Below are positions 1 to 9,374 of a DNA stretch of 64,000 bases, in pieces. The position numbers and the translations under genes were made by a program. The notes below the pieces were generated by a model. The model saw nothing but the letters and a program-made list of their open reading frames with translations. It was not told the origin of the DNA and did no database searches. Within the stretch, counting starts at the first letter, position 1; every line of letters starts with the position of its first letter. The stretch lies in NCBI GenBank assembly GCA_963740355.1, contig CAVUDW010000003.1:928001-992000 (forward strand). The letters run 5' to 3'. The DNA comes from an uncultured Gemmatimonadaceae bacterium. GTDB taxonomy: Bacteria; Gemmatimonadota; Gemmatimonadetes; Gemmatimonadales; Gemmatimonadaceae.

Positions 1-2
1 GC

Positions 3-3000
3 ACCTGGTTGTCGCTCGATCTCAGCCCAGATGGATCGACGCTCGTCTTCGACATGCTCGGTGATCTCTACTCGCTGCCAATTGCCGGCGGCGAGGCGAC
101 ACGATTGACGAGCGGCCTCGCCTACGATGCGCAACCTCGCTTCAGCCCTGACGGCAAGAAGCTGGTGTTCATCTCCGATCGCGATGGCGCCGACAATGTG
201 CACGTGATGGACATGGCCACGAAGGTCGTCACTGCGATCACGAAGGGACGTGCCTCGGTGTATCAGTCGCCGGACTGGTCGCCCGATGGCCAGTACATCG
301 TCGCCAGCAAGGGTGGGTTCCGCGGCGGATTGCCGAAGTTGTGGATGTATCATGCCGATGGCGGCAGTGGCGTGGCGCTTTATGCCGATCCCGCCAACGC
401 AGCCCCCGGCACCGCAGTCCAACAGGCCGGTGCCGCTTTCAGTGCTGATGGCAAGACCATCTGGTACACACAGCGTGCTGGCGCGTGGCACTACAACGCA
501 CAGTTCCCGCAGTACCAGATCTGGATCTACAACCGCGACACCGGCGAGCGCGAAGCACAATCCTCGCGCTACGGTTCTGCCGTGCGCCCGACGCTCAGCC
601 CTGACGGCAAGTGGCTGGTGTACGGTTCGCGATACGAAGACAAGACCGGCCTTCGCATCCGCGAACTTGCCACCGGGAATGAACGCTGGCTCGCGTATCC
701 GACGCAGCGCGACGAGATGGAATCGCGTGCGCCGATGGATGCATTGCCCGGCATGACCTTCACACCCGATTCGAAGGAATTGATCGCCAGCTATGCGAAC
801 AAGATCTGGCGTGTCGCCGTCGATGGCAGTGGCCAGACGGAGATCCCGTTCCACGTCGCCACGACCGTCGAAGCCGGCCCGGAGCTCGCCTTCCGCTATC
901 CGATCTCCGATAGCGCACAGTTCACGGTGCGACAGATTCGCGATGCGGTGCCCTCACCGGATGGCAAGCAGCTCGCCTTCATTTCGCTCGATCGCTTGTA
1001 TGTGATGGATTGGCCGACCGGTACGCCGCGTCGCGTGTCAACGCTGAATGCGATCGAAGCCGAACCAGCCTGGTCTCCCGACGGCCGTTCACTGGCGTGG
1101 GTCACCTGGACCGACAACGGCGGGCGCCTCTACAAGTCCTCGATCGCCGCTGGACGTGCCACTGCCACGGTCGCCCTCAGCCGCGGCGCTGGCATGCTGC
1201 GCCAGCCGGCGTGGTCGCCGAATGGTGCGCGCATTGTGCTGGCGAAGACCGCGTGGCAGGGCCGTCGCGATCAGACCGGCGTCACGTCACCGACAGAACT
1301 CGTCTGGTACCCATCGACGCCTGCCGGTACCGACGGCAGCGATGCCACCGTCATCGCTCGGGCGGCCGGACGCACCAAGCCGCACTTCTCGCGCGACACC
1401 ACGCGCATCTACTTGTCGTCGACGCAGAATGGCCTCGTGTCGATTCGCTGGGATGGGTCCGATGAGCAGCGACACCTGCGTGTCACTGGACCAGCCGCGC
1501 CGCAGGGTGGCGACGATCATGACCTGTCCGAGCTGGAGGCGCCGCGCCTCTCCGAGGAGCCCGGTTCACCTGGCCCACCGGCGGCATTGACGTTGATGTC
1601 ACCACGCGGCGATGTCGCGCTGGCGCAGATCAACCAGGACTTCTATACCGTCGTCGTGCCTCCGCGCGGCGTCACGGCGGCAGTCAGCGTCGCTGATGTG
1701 AATACGGCCATCGTCCCGATCAAGAAGCTGACGGACATCGGTGGTCAATTCCCGACCTGGTCGGCCGATGGGCGCAAGATTCACTGGTCGATCGGCAATG
1801 CCCACGTCGTCTACGATCTCGACTCGGCGATGGCGCGTGAAGGCGTCGCGGCACGGCCCGATTCCACGATCCCCGATTCACTGCGACCGAAGCGGTATGC
1901 CCCCTTCGAGCGTCGCATCCTACTGCAGGCGAATCGGGATATCCCGCGTGGAACTGTCGTGCTGCGGAATGCACGCATCGTGACCATGAAGGGCGACGAA
2001 ATCATCCCTAGCGGCGACATCGTCGTGCGCGACAATCGTATCGCAGCCGTCGGCGCGGCCGGCACTGTGGCGATTCCTGCGGGTGCCACATCGCTCGACA
2101 TGGCCGGCAAGACGATCATGCCGGGCTTCGTCGACACACATGCCCACCTGCGCGCCGAACGTGGGACGATTCACGAGTCGCAGCCCTGGGCGTACCTGGC
2201 CAACCTCGCCTACGGTGTCACCACGACGCGTGATCCACAGACCGCCACGACCGACGTCCTCACCTACCAGGACCAAGTCGAAGCAGGACAGATCATCGGT
2301 CCGCGCATCTATTCCACCGGCCCGGGCATTTTCGACCAGGACCAGATCCGCGACCAGGAGCATGCGCGCAACATGCTCAAGCGCTACAGCCTCTACTACG
2401 ACACCAAGACGATCAAGATGTACGTCGCAGGTGTGCGACAGACGCGCCAGTGGATCATCAAGGCGGCGCGCGAGCAGCAGCTGATGCCGACCACCGAAGG
2501 GTCGCTCGATGTTCGCCTGAACCTGACGGAAACGCTCGACGGCTATCCAGGCCTCGAGCACTCGATGGGCATCACGCCGCTGGGCAAGGACGTGACGGAC
2601 TTCATGGCGTGGTCGAACCGCACCTACACACCGACGTTGTTGGTGAACTATGGTGGGCCATGGGGTGAGAATTGGTTCTACACCAAGGAAAATCCCTACG
2701 CCGACAAGAAGCTGCAGCAGTTCACGGCGTACGAGGAACTGGCGCAGAAGACCCGTCGTCGCATGGCCACCTTGCCGGGTGGCAGCACCGCTGGCGGCTG
2801 GTTCCGGGATGAGGAATACGTCTTCCCGCAGCTGGCAACCGATGCCACGAAGATCCTGCACAGCGGTGGCCGACTCGGCATCGGTAGCCATGGCCAGCTG
2901 CAGGGCCTTGGGTATCACTGGGAGATGTGGGCGATGTCCACCGGCGGCATGACCAAGCACGAACTGCTGAAGATCGCCACCATCATGGGTGCACAGGCGA

Positions 3001-3236
3001 TTGGCTTGCAGGGCGACGTCGGCTCACTCGAAGTCGGCAAGCTCGCCGACCTGTTGGTGCTCGATCGCGATCCGCTGGCCGACCTGCGCAACACCAACTC
3101 CATCCAGTACGTGATGAAGAATGGCCGCCTGTATGACGGCAACACGCTCGCCGAGGTCTATCCGACCAAGCGGAGCGGGCCGGATGTGCCGAACCGCGCG
3201 GCGGCGCCGGTGACGAAGGCGGGCACGCGGCAGTAG
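3..3236 (+). CDS. PD40/TolB-like beta-propeller + amidohydrolase family protein (5'-partial, starts before the window)
   Basis: Repeated P.(W/F)SPDG propeller motifs; PGFVDTHAH metal motif, GVTTTRDP, GSLEVGKLADL. The frame is open to the window edge (TWLSLDLSPDG). Confidence 0.9.
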   Translation, partial: TWLSLDLSPDGSTLVFDMLGDLYSLPIAGGEATRLTSGLAYDAQPRFSPDGKKLVFISDRDGADNVHVMDMATKVVTAITKGRASVYQSPDWSPDGQYIVASKGGFRGGLPKLWMYHADGGSGVALYADPANAAPGTAVQQAGAAFSADGKTIWYTQRAGAWHYNAQFPQYQIWIYNRDTGEREAQSSRYGSAVRPTLSPDGKWLVYGSRYEDKTGLRIRELATGNERWLAYPTQRDEMESRAPMDALPGMTFTPDSKELIASYANKIWRVAVDGSGQTEIPFHVATTVEAGPELAFRYPISDSAQFTVRQIRDAVPSPDGKQLAFISLDRLYVMDWPTGTPRRVSTLNAIEAEPAWSPDGRSLAWVTWTDNGGRLYKSSIAAGRATATVALSRGAGMLRQPAWSPNGARIVLAKTAWQGRRDQTGVTSPTELVWYPSTPAGTDGSDATVIARAAGRTKPHFSRDTTRIYLSSTQNGLVSIRWDGSDEQRHLRVTGPAAPQGGDDHDLSELEAPRLSEEPGSPGPPAALTLMSPRGDVALAQINQDFYTVVVPPRGVTAAVSVADVNTAIVPIKKLTDIGGQFPTWSADGRKIHWSIGNAHVVYDLDSAMAREGVAARPDSTIPDSLRPKRYAPFERRILLQANRDIPRGTVVLRNARIVTMKGDEIIPSGDIVVRDNRIAAVGAAGTVAIPAGATSLDMAGKTIMPGFVDTHAHLRAERGTIHESQPWAYLANLAYGVTTTRDPQTATTDVLTYQDQVEAGQIIGPRIYSTGPGIFDQDQIRDQEHARNMLKRYSLYYDTKTIKMYVAGVRQTRQWIIKAAREQQLMPTTEGSLDVRLNLTETLDGYPGLEHSMGITPLGKDVTDFMAWSNRTYTPTLLVNYGGPWGENWFYTKENPYADKKLQQFTAYEELAQKTRRRMATLPGGSTAGGWFRDEEYVFPQLATDATKILHSGGRLGIGSHGQLQGLGYHWEMWAMSTGGMTKHELLKIATIMGAQAIGLQGDVGSLEVGKLADLLVLDRDPLADLRNTNSIQYVMKNGRLYDGNTLAEVYPTKRSGPDVPNRAAAPVTKAGTRQ

Positions 3237-3427
3237 TGGTGCGAGTGTAGCAGCTGGCCGAACAACTGATGGCGCAGCATTTCGGGGAGTGGCGATGCGA
3301 TCGTGCGTCGTCACTCCCCGCTTCCGTTCCGGTTGATCGGGTAAGGCCGTCTTCCTGCAGCGCCGTTCAGGGTGTAAATCGCGATACAGGCCAGGTCGTC
3401 ACGTTCCGCCACCGCGAGTTCACGCCC

Positions 3428-4057
3428 ATGGAAGACTCCACCCCCAGGAACGACCGTCGCGCGTTCCTCAAGATTGCTGGCGTCCTTGCCGCCGGTACCG
3501 CGGCCGGCTGCCAGTTTGAGACGCATGTACCCGAGACGCCGGGACTTACCGGCGCTGAACGTGCGATCGGCTTCGATCGCATCCTGCTCGACGCGGTGGC
3601 AGAAGTGGTGCTGCCGTCGGAACTTGGTGCCAAGGGACGCGATGTGGCGACGGGGCAATTCGTGGCCTGGGTGGACGGCTATGACCCGGTAGCCGAGGAG
3701 ATGCACGGCTACGGGTACGCTGACATTCGCTATCTCCCGCCGGATCCCGCGCCGTCGTGGCGCGCGCAGCTGACCGCACTCGACCTGTTGGCGCGCAAGT
3801 CACGGCAGCAGCCGTTCGCCCGATTGTCGCCCGCGGCGCGAAAGGAGCTCCTCGATATCGCGCTCAAGGGACACGGTGGTGAGCGTCTGCCGTCGCCCCT
3901 CGAGGCCAGCCATATCGCCATCGCGCTGCTCGCGCACTGGGCCGCGAGCCCTGATGCCTGGGATCTCGCGCTCGGCGCGAAGGTCATGCCCAACACCTGC
4001 CGAGTCCTTGGCGACGCCAACGCAAAGCCGCTGCCGATCATGGGGCTGCGCGCATGA
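3428..4057 (+). CDS. Gluconate 2-dehydrogenase subunit 3-like Tat-exported partner protein
   Basis: Tat motif DRRAFLK followed by lipobox-like AAGC; LDAVAEVVLP; its stop overlaps the GMC start (ATGA). Start set at ATG 3428. Confidence 0.75.
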   Translation: MEDSTPRNDRRAFLKIAGVLAAGTAAGCQFETHVPETPGLTGAERAIGFDRILLDAVAEVVLPSELGAKGRDVATGQFVAWVDGYDPVAEEMHGYGYADIRYLPPDPAPSWRAQLTALDLLARKSRQQPFARLSPAARKELLDIALKGHGGERLPSPLEASHIAIALLAHWAASPDAWDLALGAKVMPNTCRVLGDANAKPLPIMGLRA

Positions 4058-5649
4058 AGACCATCGACACCGACATCCTGATCGTTGGCAGTGGCATCAC
4101 GGCAGCATTGATGGCGGCCAGGCTGGCCGAGACGACGTCGCGAAAAGTTACGGTCGTCGAGGCAGGCAAGCCTACCACGCCGTTCAAGGATCGCACCAAG
4201 GCGCGCGCACGGTACCTGTCGTACGGTGAAAGTCCGTGGAAGCAGGATCATCTGGATGACCAGAACGCGTACGGGACCACATGGGGTTTTTCACCGAGCA
4301 TGAACGTCGGCGGGCTGGCGATGCACTGGGGCGGCGTGTCGCCCCGCTACTCGCCGGAAGACTTCAACACCAAGTCGATGTATGGTGTTGGCACCGACTG
4401 GCCATTCTCGTACGACGAGCTCGATCCGTTCTATCAGGAAGCGGAAGAACGGATGGGTGTATCAGGCGAACAAGGCCCCGTCGCGCTCGATCCACGCGGT
4501 AAGCCGTATCCACTGCCACCGTTACCGGTCAACTACAACTTGAAGCAGCTGCAGGAGTGGGCGAGCAAGTCGGACATCGCCACCTGGAGCACCCCGTCGG
4601 CCAAGCTCTCGCAAGCGCGGGACGGTCGTTCGCAGTGCCAGCGCTGTGACACCTGTTATCCCGTCTGCCCCAGTGGCGCGAAGTATTCGCCGGATTTCAC
4701 GTGGGATGCACTCGTTGCCGCGAACAAGATCACGTTGATCCCGCAGACGCTGGTGCGTCGGTTGGTCGCCGATCCGAAGACCGGCACGATCCTTCGCGCG
4801 ACTGGCAATCGCACCGATGGAACCGGCGAAGAAGTCACGATCACGGCCAAGACTTTCGTGCTTGCCGCCGGCTTCACCTGGTCACCGCACCTGTTGCTCC
4901 TATCGCGAGACTCGGCGCACCCCGATGGCCTCGCGAATCGCAGTGGCCTGGTCGGCAAGTACCTCGCCGGCCACCGCAACGTCAATGCGTACCTGAAGTT
5001 GCCGATGGAGCTGTTCCCCGGCATCAACGCGCAGCATTCCCTGGTGTCGAAGCAGTTCATGCGCGTGCCGAAATCCGGGCGCTACCTGCGACATGACCTG
5101 CGCATCTGGGAATCGGATGTCGGTCGTGATCCCCGCCTGCGCGACGACAAGGGCGCACCGCTCTATGGCGACGCGATGTTGTCCGATTGGCGCGCACGGG
5201 CCAAGGGCGCGACAGCGCGAGTGCGCGGGTACTACGACGTGCTCCCCGATCGAGAGAGCAAGATCACACTCGATCCCTCCAGGACCAATCGGTTCGGCGA
5301 CCCGATGCCGTCACTCTCGTTCCGCGATTCGCCGGAGAGTGCGGCACTCAAGCCATGGCAGGAGGAGCAGCTGGTCGCACTCTTCCGCCGGATGGCGAAA
5401 GCCGGTGGTGGCGAGATGTTGAAGTTGGAGAACAGCGCCAACGATCTCGGACAGGAACATCCCGCCGGCGGCTGCCGCATGGGCAACGATCCGATGTCGA
5501 GTGTGGTCGACAAGTTCGGGCGTGCGCACGACCACGACAACCTCTGGGTCGCGGGCGCACCGGCGCAAGTCAGTGCCGGCTGCTGCAACGGGACGCTGAC
5601 ATTCGTGGCCGTCGGCCTTCACACCGCCGCAGCGATCGCAAAGGCCTGA
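4054..5649 (+). CDS. GMC family FAD oxidoreductase (dehydrogenase large subunit)
   Basis: IVGSGITA FAD-binding motif, VGGLAMHWGG, Cys cluster CQRCDTCYPVCP, HPAGGCRMG, NGTLT. Confidence 0.9.
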   Translation: MKTIDTDILIVGSGITAALMAARLAETTSRKVTVVEAGKPTTPFKDRTKARARYLSYGESPWKQDHLDDQNAYGTTWGFSPSMNVGGLAMHWGGVSPRYSPEDFNTKSMYGVGTDWPFSYDELDPFYQEAEERMGVSGEQGPVALDPRGKPYPLPPLPVNYNLKQLQEWASKSDIATWSTPSAKLSQARDGRSQCQRCDTCYPVCPSGAKYSPDFTWDALVAANKITLIPQTLVRRLVADPKTGTILRATGNRTDGTGEEVTITAKTFVLAAGFTWSPHLLLLSRDSAHPDGLANRSGLVGKYLAGHRNVNAYLKLPMELFPGINAQHSLVSKQFMRVPKSGRYLRHDLRIWESDVGRDPRLRDDKGAPLYGDAMLSDWRARAKGATARVRGYYDVLPDRESKITLDPSRTNRFGDPMPSLSFRDSPESAALKPWQEEQLVALFRRMAKAGGGEMLKLENSANDLGQEHPAGGCRMGNDPMSSVVDKFGRAHDHDNLWVAGAPAQVSAGCCNGTLTFVAVGLHTAAAIAKA

Positions 5650-5728
5650 CGACCAGCGCACACCCACGCCGCAGCTCGCAGCAGGCAGGGAACTGCCTGT
5701 GAGCGACCTGCGGCAGCGGCGTGCGGTG

Positions 5729-6751
5729 TCAGGCGTCCTGCAGCAGCGCGGCAGCCACACCCGCCAGCGCCGCATCCATCTCGTCCATCGTCGAACCATC
5801 GCGGAAGGCGTGATCCCACGCGCGCAATCCGTCCCGATCATCGGTTGGCCGGAACTTGCGCCCAATGGTCCGCATCCCTTCCGTGATGGCGTACGCCGTC
5901 AGCTTGCGACGCGCCACACTGTCGGCCCATTCGACGAACGTCGCAATGAACGTGAAGTGCTGCAGCCAGTACTGCCACGGCGACACCTCCGTGTGCAAGC
6001 CAAGCAGCGCGGCCCACGGCGCGGGATCGCACCGGTAGCGGGTGGTGCCATCATCCACCGAGAGCACGATCTCCGCCTCCGCCATGCGATCGAGAGCGCG
6101 GCGAATGGCGGACGGTGTGTAGCCCGTCGCCTGCGAAATCTCCGTCACGGTCGACCACGCACTGCCACGCGCCAGCAGGAATGCCAGTGCATCAGCCCGC
6201 GCACCGACACCAAAGGCCATCCGGAATCGCAGCACGAGCAAGGCGGCGCGCGCAACGGGCAGTCGCGTGACACTCGAATCGCGAGACACACCTTCGCCGC
6301 TCGCGACAACACTGTCGTCGTCCGTCGCGGCCACCCGCGCCGACGATACGCCTCCCTTGATCACCGGCGACCAGCGAAAATCCTTCCCGCGCTCGTGTGC
6401 GGTCACGGCCACCGCTCGCAGCTGCTCCTGGACCTCATCCGAATACGACTTCGCGATGTTCCGTGTGCGCTGCACACTCAACAAGTCGGACCAGCTGGCC
6501 ACCCAATCGTGCACGATCGGCCGCAGCGCAGGCTCGCAAGGGATCAGCCAGAGCGACATGAGCAGCAGCGCCTCCGGATCGACGATCGACTGGGACGACT
6601 CCTCAGCAGCCGTACTGGCGCCAAGGATCTCCCATTGGGCCTGCGCTGACTCGAGCGCCGCGCTGGTGAGCATCGCGGCGGTGGTCGCCACGCCCCGTTG
6701 CGCATCGAGGTAGGCAGCGGATCGGTCGAGGGCGGGCGTGTCGGCGTCCAT
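5729..6751 (-). CDS. Hypothetical protein with C-terminal winged-helix HTH
   Basis: Long ORF; STVTEISQATGYTPSAIRRALDRM is HTH-like; start uncertain. Confidence 0.6.
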   Translation of the reverse strand: MDADTPALDRSAAYLDAQRGVATTAAMLTSAALESAQAQWEILGASTAAEESSQSIVDPEALLLMSLWLIPCEPALRPIVHDWVASWSDLLSVQRTRNIAKSYSDEVQEQLRAVAVTAHERGKDFRWSPVIKGGVSSARVAATDDDSVVASGEGVSRDSSVTRLPVARAALLVLRFRMAFGVGARADALAFLLARGSAWSTVTEISQATGYTPSAIRRALDRMAEAEIVLSVDDGTTRYRCDPAPWAALLGLHTEVSPWQYWLQHFTFIATFVEWADSVARRKLTAYAITEGMRTIGRKFRPTDDRDGLRAWDHAFRDGSTMDEMDAALAGVAAALLQDA

Positions 6752-6928
6752 GGTCCGGGGGCGTTCGCAGTGGGAATCCATCTGTTTGCAACCTTATATA
6801 GCAACCGACCGGCCGTGAAAGCAATGAATCGTCGCGATTAAAGCATCTTTGGTGTAGAGCTTGCCCGTCGCGATTGGTCGGCGCGATACGTTTGCCAGTC
6901 GTCACCCCAGTCCCCTTTCGGAACACCG

Positions 6929-7918
6929 ATGATTCGTTCGTCTGCCCTGGTCGCCGGCATCGCCGCCCTCGTCGTCGCCACGTCAACGGCGCCCCAGCTC
7001 GAGGCACAAGCGCCGCGCGCCCGCGAAGGATTTGTCACCACCGCCGACTCGACGCGCCTCTTCTACCGTGTGATCGGATCGGCGAAGGACACGATCATTG
7101 CGATCCATGGCGGACCCGGCGTCGACCTCGAGAGCATCTACGGCGACTTCCTCCCGCTGGCGCGAAAGCACACCGTCATCTTCTACGATCAGCGGGGTGC
7201 CGGCCGATCGACGCTCCCGCGCGACAGCGTCACGCTGAATGCGACACAGCAGGTGAACGACCTCGATGCCGTGCGACGGCACTTTCGACTCGCACACGTC
7301 ACCCTGGTCGCGCACTCATACGGGCCATTGCTGGCCGCTACATACGCCATCGCACATCCGGATGTCGTGAGTCGGATGGTGTTCTTCGGCCCCGTGCCGC
7401 CGCGTCGCGGTGACTTCTGGCAGCGCTTCGGTCGCAGCATGCAGACCAAGCTCGACTCGACGCAACGTCGCGCACTCGCCGACGCGAACCGTCGCTTGGC
7501 CGACACCAGCGCCAGCGACGCCGCCGTACGCCAGGCCTGCACCGACTACTGGGGCATCGCCATGCGGCCGCGCCTCGCCGAACCGGATCACACCCCGTCG
7601 CTGATTCACGCCGATCTCTGCGCATCAGATGTGCGAGGCATCCGGTACGGCCTCACGAAGACCAATGGCGCCGTCATGGGATCGTACGGGTCATGGGACC
7701 TGCGTACTGCGTTGGCGGGTGTCCCAGCACCAACGCTGGTCGTGCACGGCGAAGACGAAATGATCCCGATGGACCTGGTCGAGGAGTGGACCACTGCACT
7801 CCCCCACGCCACGCTGATGCGGGTGTCGCGCGCCGCGCACTTCACCTACGCCGAACGACCAGAACTCGTCTGGCCGGCGGTCGAGAAATTTCTGGCAACG
7901 CCGGTCGCGAAGCACTGA
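6929..7918 (+). CDS. Secreted alpha/beta hydrolase (proline iminopeptidase-like)
   Basis: Signal peptide, HGGPG, YDQRGAGRS, AHSYG nucleophile elbow, C-terminal Asp/His. Confidence 0.85.
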   Translation: MIRSSALVAGIAALVVATSTAPQLEAQAPRAREGFVTTADSTRLFYRVIGSAKDTIIAIHGGPGVDLESIYGDFLPLARKHTVIFYDQRGAGRSTLPRDSVTLNATQQVNDLDAVRRHFRLAHVTLVAHSYGPLLAATYAIAHPDVVSRMVFFGPVPPRRGDFWQRFGRSMQTKLDSTQRRALADANRRLADTSASDAAVRQACTDYWGIAMRPRLAEPDHTPSLIHADLCASDVRGIRYGLTKTNGAVMGSYGSWDLRTALAGVPAPTLVVHGEDEMIPMDLVEEWTTALPHATLMRVSRAAHFTYAERPELVWPAVEKFLATPVAKH

Positions 7919-7945
7919 GGTCGACCGGCGTCGTCGTGCACTCGC

Positions 7946-9253
7946 TTACGGCTTTTTCTTGATCGCCATCAGCAACGACTTCGGCAGCCGCGCCGAGACG
8001 CCGACCTGCGTGCCGACCAGATCAGGCACGTCATAGATCACACCGAAACCCATCACCAGCGCGGCCTCGTTCGACGTCAGCTTGTATTCCGACTCCAGCC
8101 AGCGGGCCAGGTCGGACGTCGCGCTTCGCAACGCCTGATCCACCGAGCCGCCCACACCGATGCTCATGATGTGATCGGCGGTTTCGGCACGCGGAATGTT
8201 CGCGAACTTCCAGCGCGCGACATCGACGCTGAAGGTCACGTCCATGCTCGTTTCCATTGCGTCGCCAGTGAGTTCACCGTCGCCCTGCGCCGCATGTCCG
8301 TCGCCGAGGTAGAGGTAAGCGCCGAGCGTGGTGACGGGGAGATAGAGCGTCGTGCCTTCGCGGAGTTGCGAGTACTCCATGTTGCCACCGAAGGCACCCG
8401 ACTCACGCGACGTCGGCGCCACGCCATCTCCGGGGGCGACCGCGATCACACCAAGGAATGGCCGCAACGGGATCGTGAGACCCGCCAGTGCGGGCGACGG
8501 CTTCTGCAGCCGGGCCACACCAGCCACCGTATCGAGCACCCACTTGTTGTCCGTGTCCACTGACTTGCGCTCGGCTGCGTACGATGGCTCGATCGCGCCA
8601 TCGACGATCTGCGTTCCGCTGAACGCCCAGCCGCGATTCAATCGCACGCGATGCAGCTTCACGATCAGCAGATCGCCCGGCACTGCCCCTTCCACATAGA
8701 ACGGCCCGGTAAGCGGATTGCCGCCGCGCGAGACATGATTGGCGCGGTCCTCCAGTGCACCACGCGCATTGCCGCCGGCGTCGATGGTCGTGGTGCGCAC
8801 CGTGTCGCCAGGGTAAAGCCGAAGCGCCGGTGCGATGTCGGCGCGGAACTCCCGCTGGTACGACGTCGGCGCGAAGGCGAACGACCGCACCGTTGCCGGA
8901 GGCTGGAATCGCTTCGCTGACCACCGGCTCGAGTCGGGATCGATGCCCAGCCATCCGCCGAGTGAGTCGCCCTTGATGGTTGCACGCCAGCGGAAATCGC
9001 CGACGCGAAAGGTCAGCCGTTGCCCGCTGAGCGTGGCAGCGAAGTTCTGGCCATAGACGTTGCCCCGAAGCGAGTCACCGTCCGCCTTCAGCGTCACGCG
9101 CTGCGGCTGCTGATCGCCCTCCATGACGAAGGTCCAGTCTCCCGCCGCGCGTGCCACCGGCGAGCCCTGCGCACGAAGCGCCAGGGGCATGGCGGGCAGC
9201 AGCAGGGCAATAGCGAGCAGGCGGCAGGCGGTGCTGTGCTTGGGCAGGGTCAT
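7946..9253 (-). CDS. Secreted acetamidase/formamidase family protein
   Basis: NPLTGPFYVEGA.PGD, GGNMEY, GDGHAAQGDGELTG motifs; signal peptide from MTLPKHS. Confidence 0.88.
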   Translation of the reverse strand: MTLPKHSTACRLLAIALLLPAMPLALRAQGSPVARAAGDWTFVMEGDQQPQRVTLKADGDSLRGNVYGQNFAATLSGQRLTFRVGDFRWRATIKGDSLGGWLGIDPDSSRWSAKRFQPPATVRSFAFAPTSYQREFRADIAPALRLYPGDTVRTTTIDAGGNARGALEDRANHVSRGGNPLTGPFYVEGAVPGDLLIVKLHRVRLNRGWAFSGTQIVDGAIEPSYAAERKSVDTDNKWVLDTVAGVARLQKPSPALAGLTIPLRPFLGVIAVAPGDGVAPTSRESGAFGGNMEYSQLREGTTLYLPVTTLGAYLYLGDGHAAQGDGELTGDAMETSMDVTFSVDVARWKFANIPRAETADHIMSIGVGGSVDQALRSATSDLARWLESEYKLTSNEAALVMGFGVIYDVPDLVGTQVGVSARLPKSLLMAIKKKP

Positions 9254-9374
9254 GACGTCGGGACGGGTTGAAATGGGGCGGCGACGGACAACATGCTTCG
9301 GAAGGCAGTTCGTCGCGATGCGGCGGTCTGGATGCGCTGCCGCTGCCGATGTACCAGCGCCATCTTGGGCTCCT

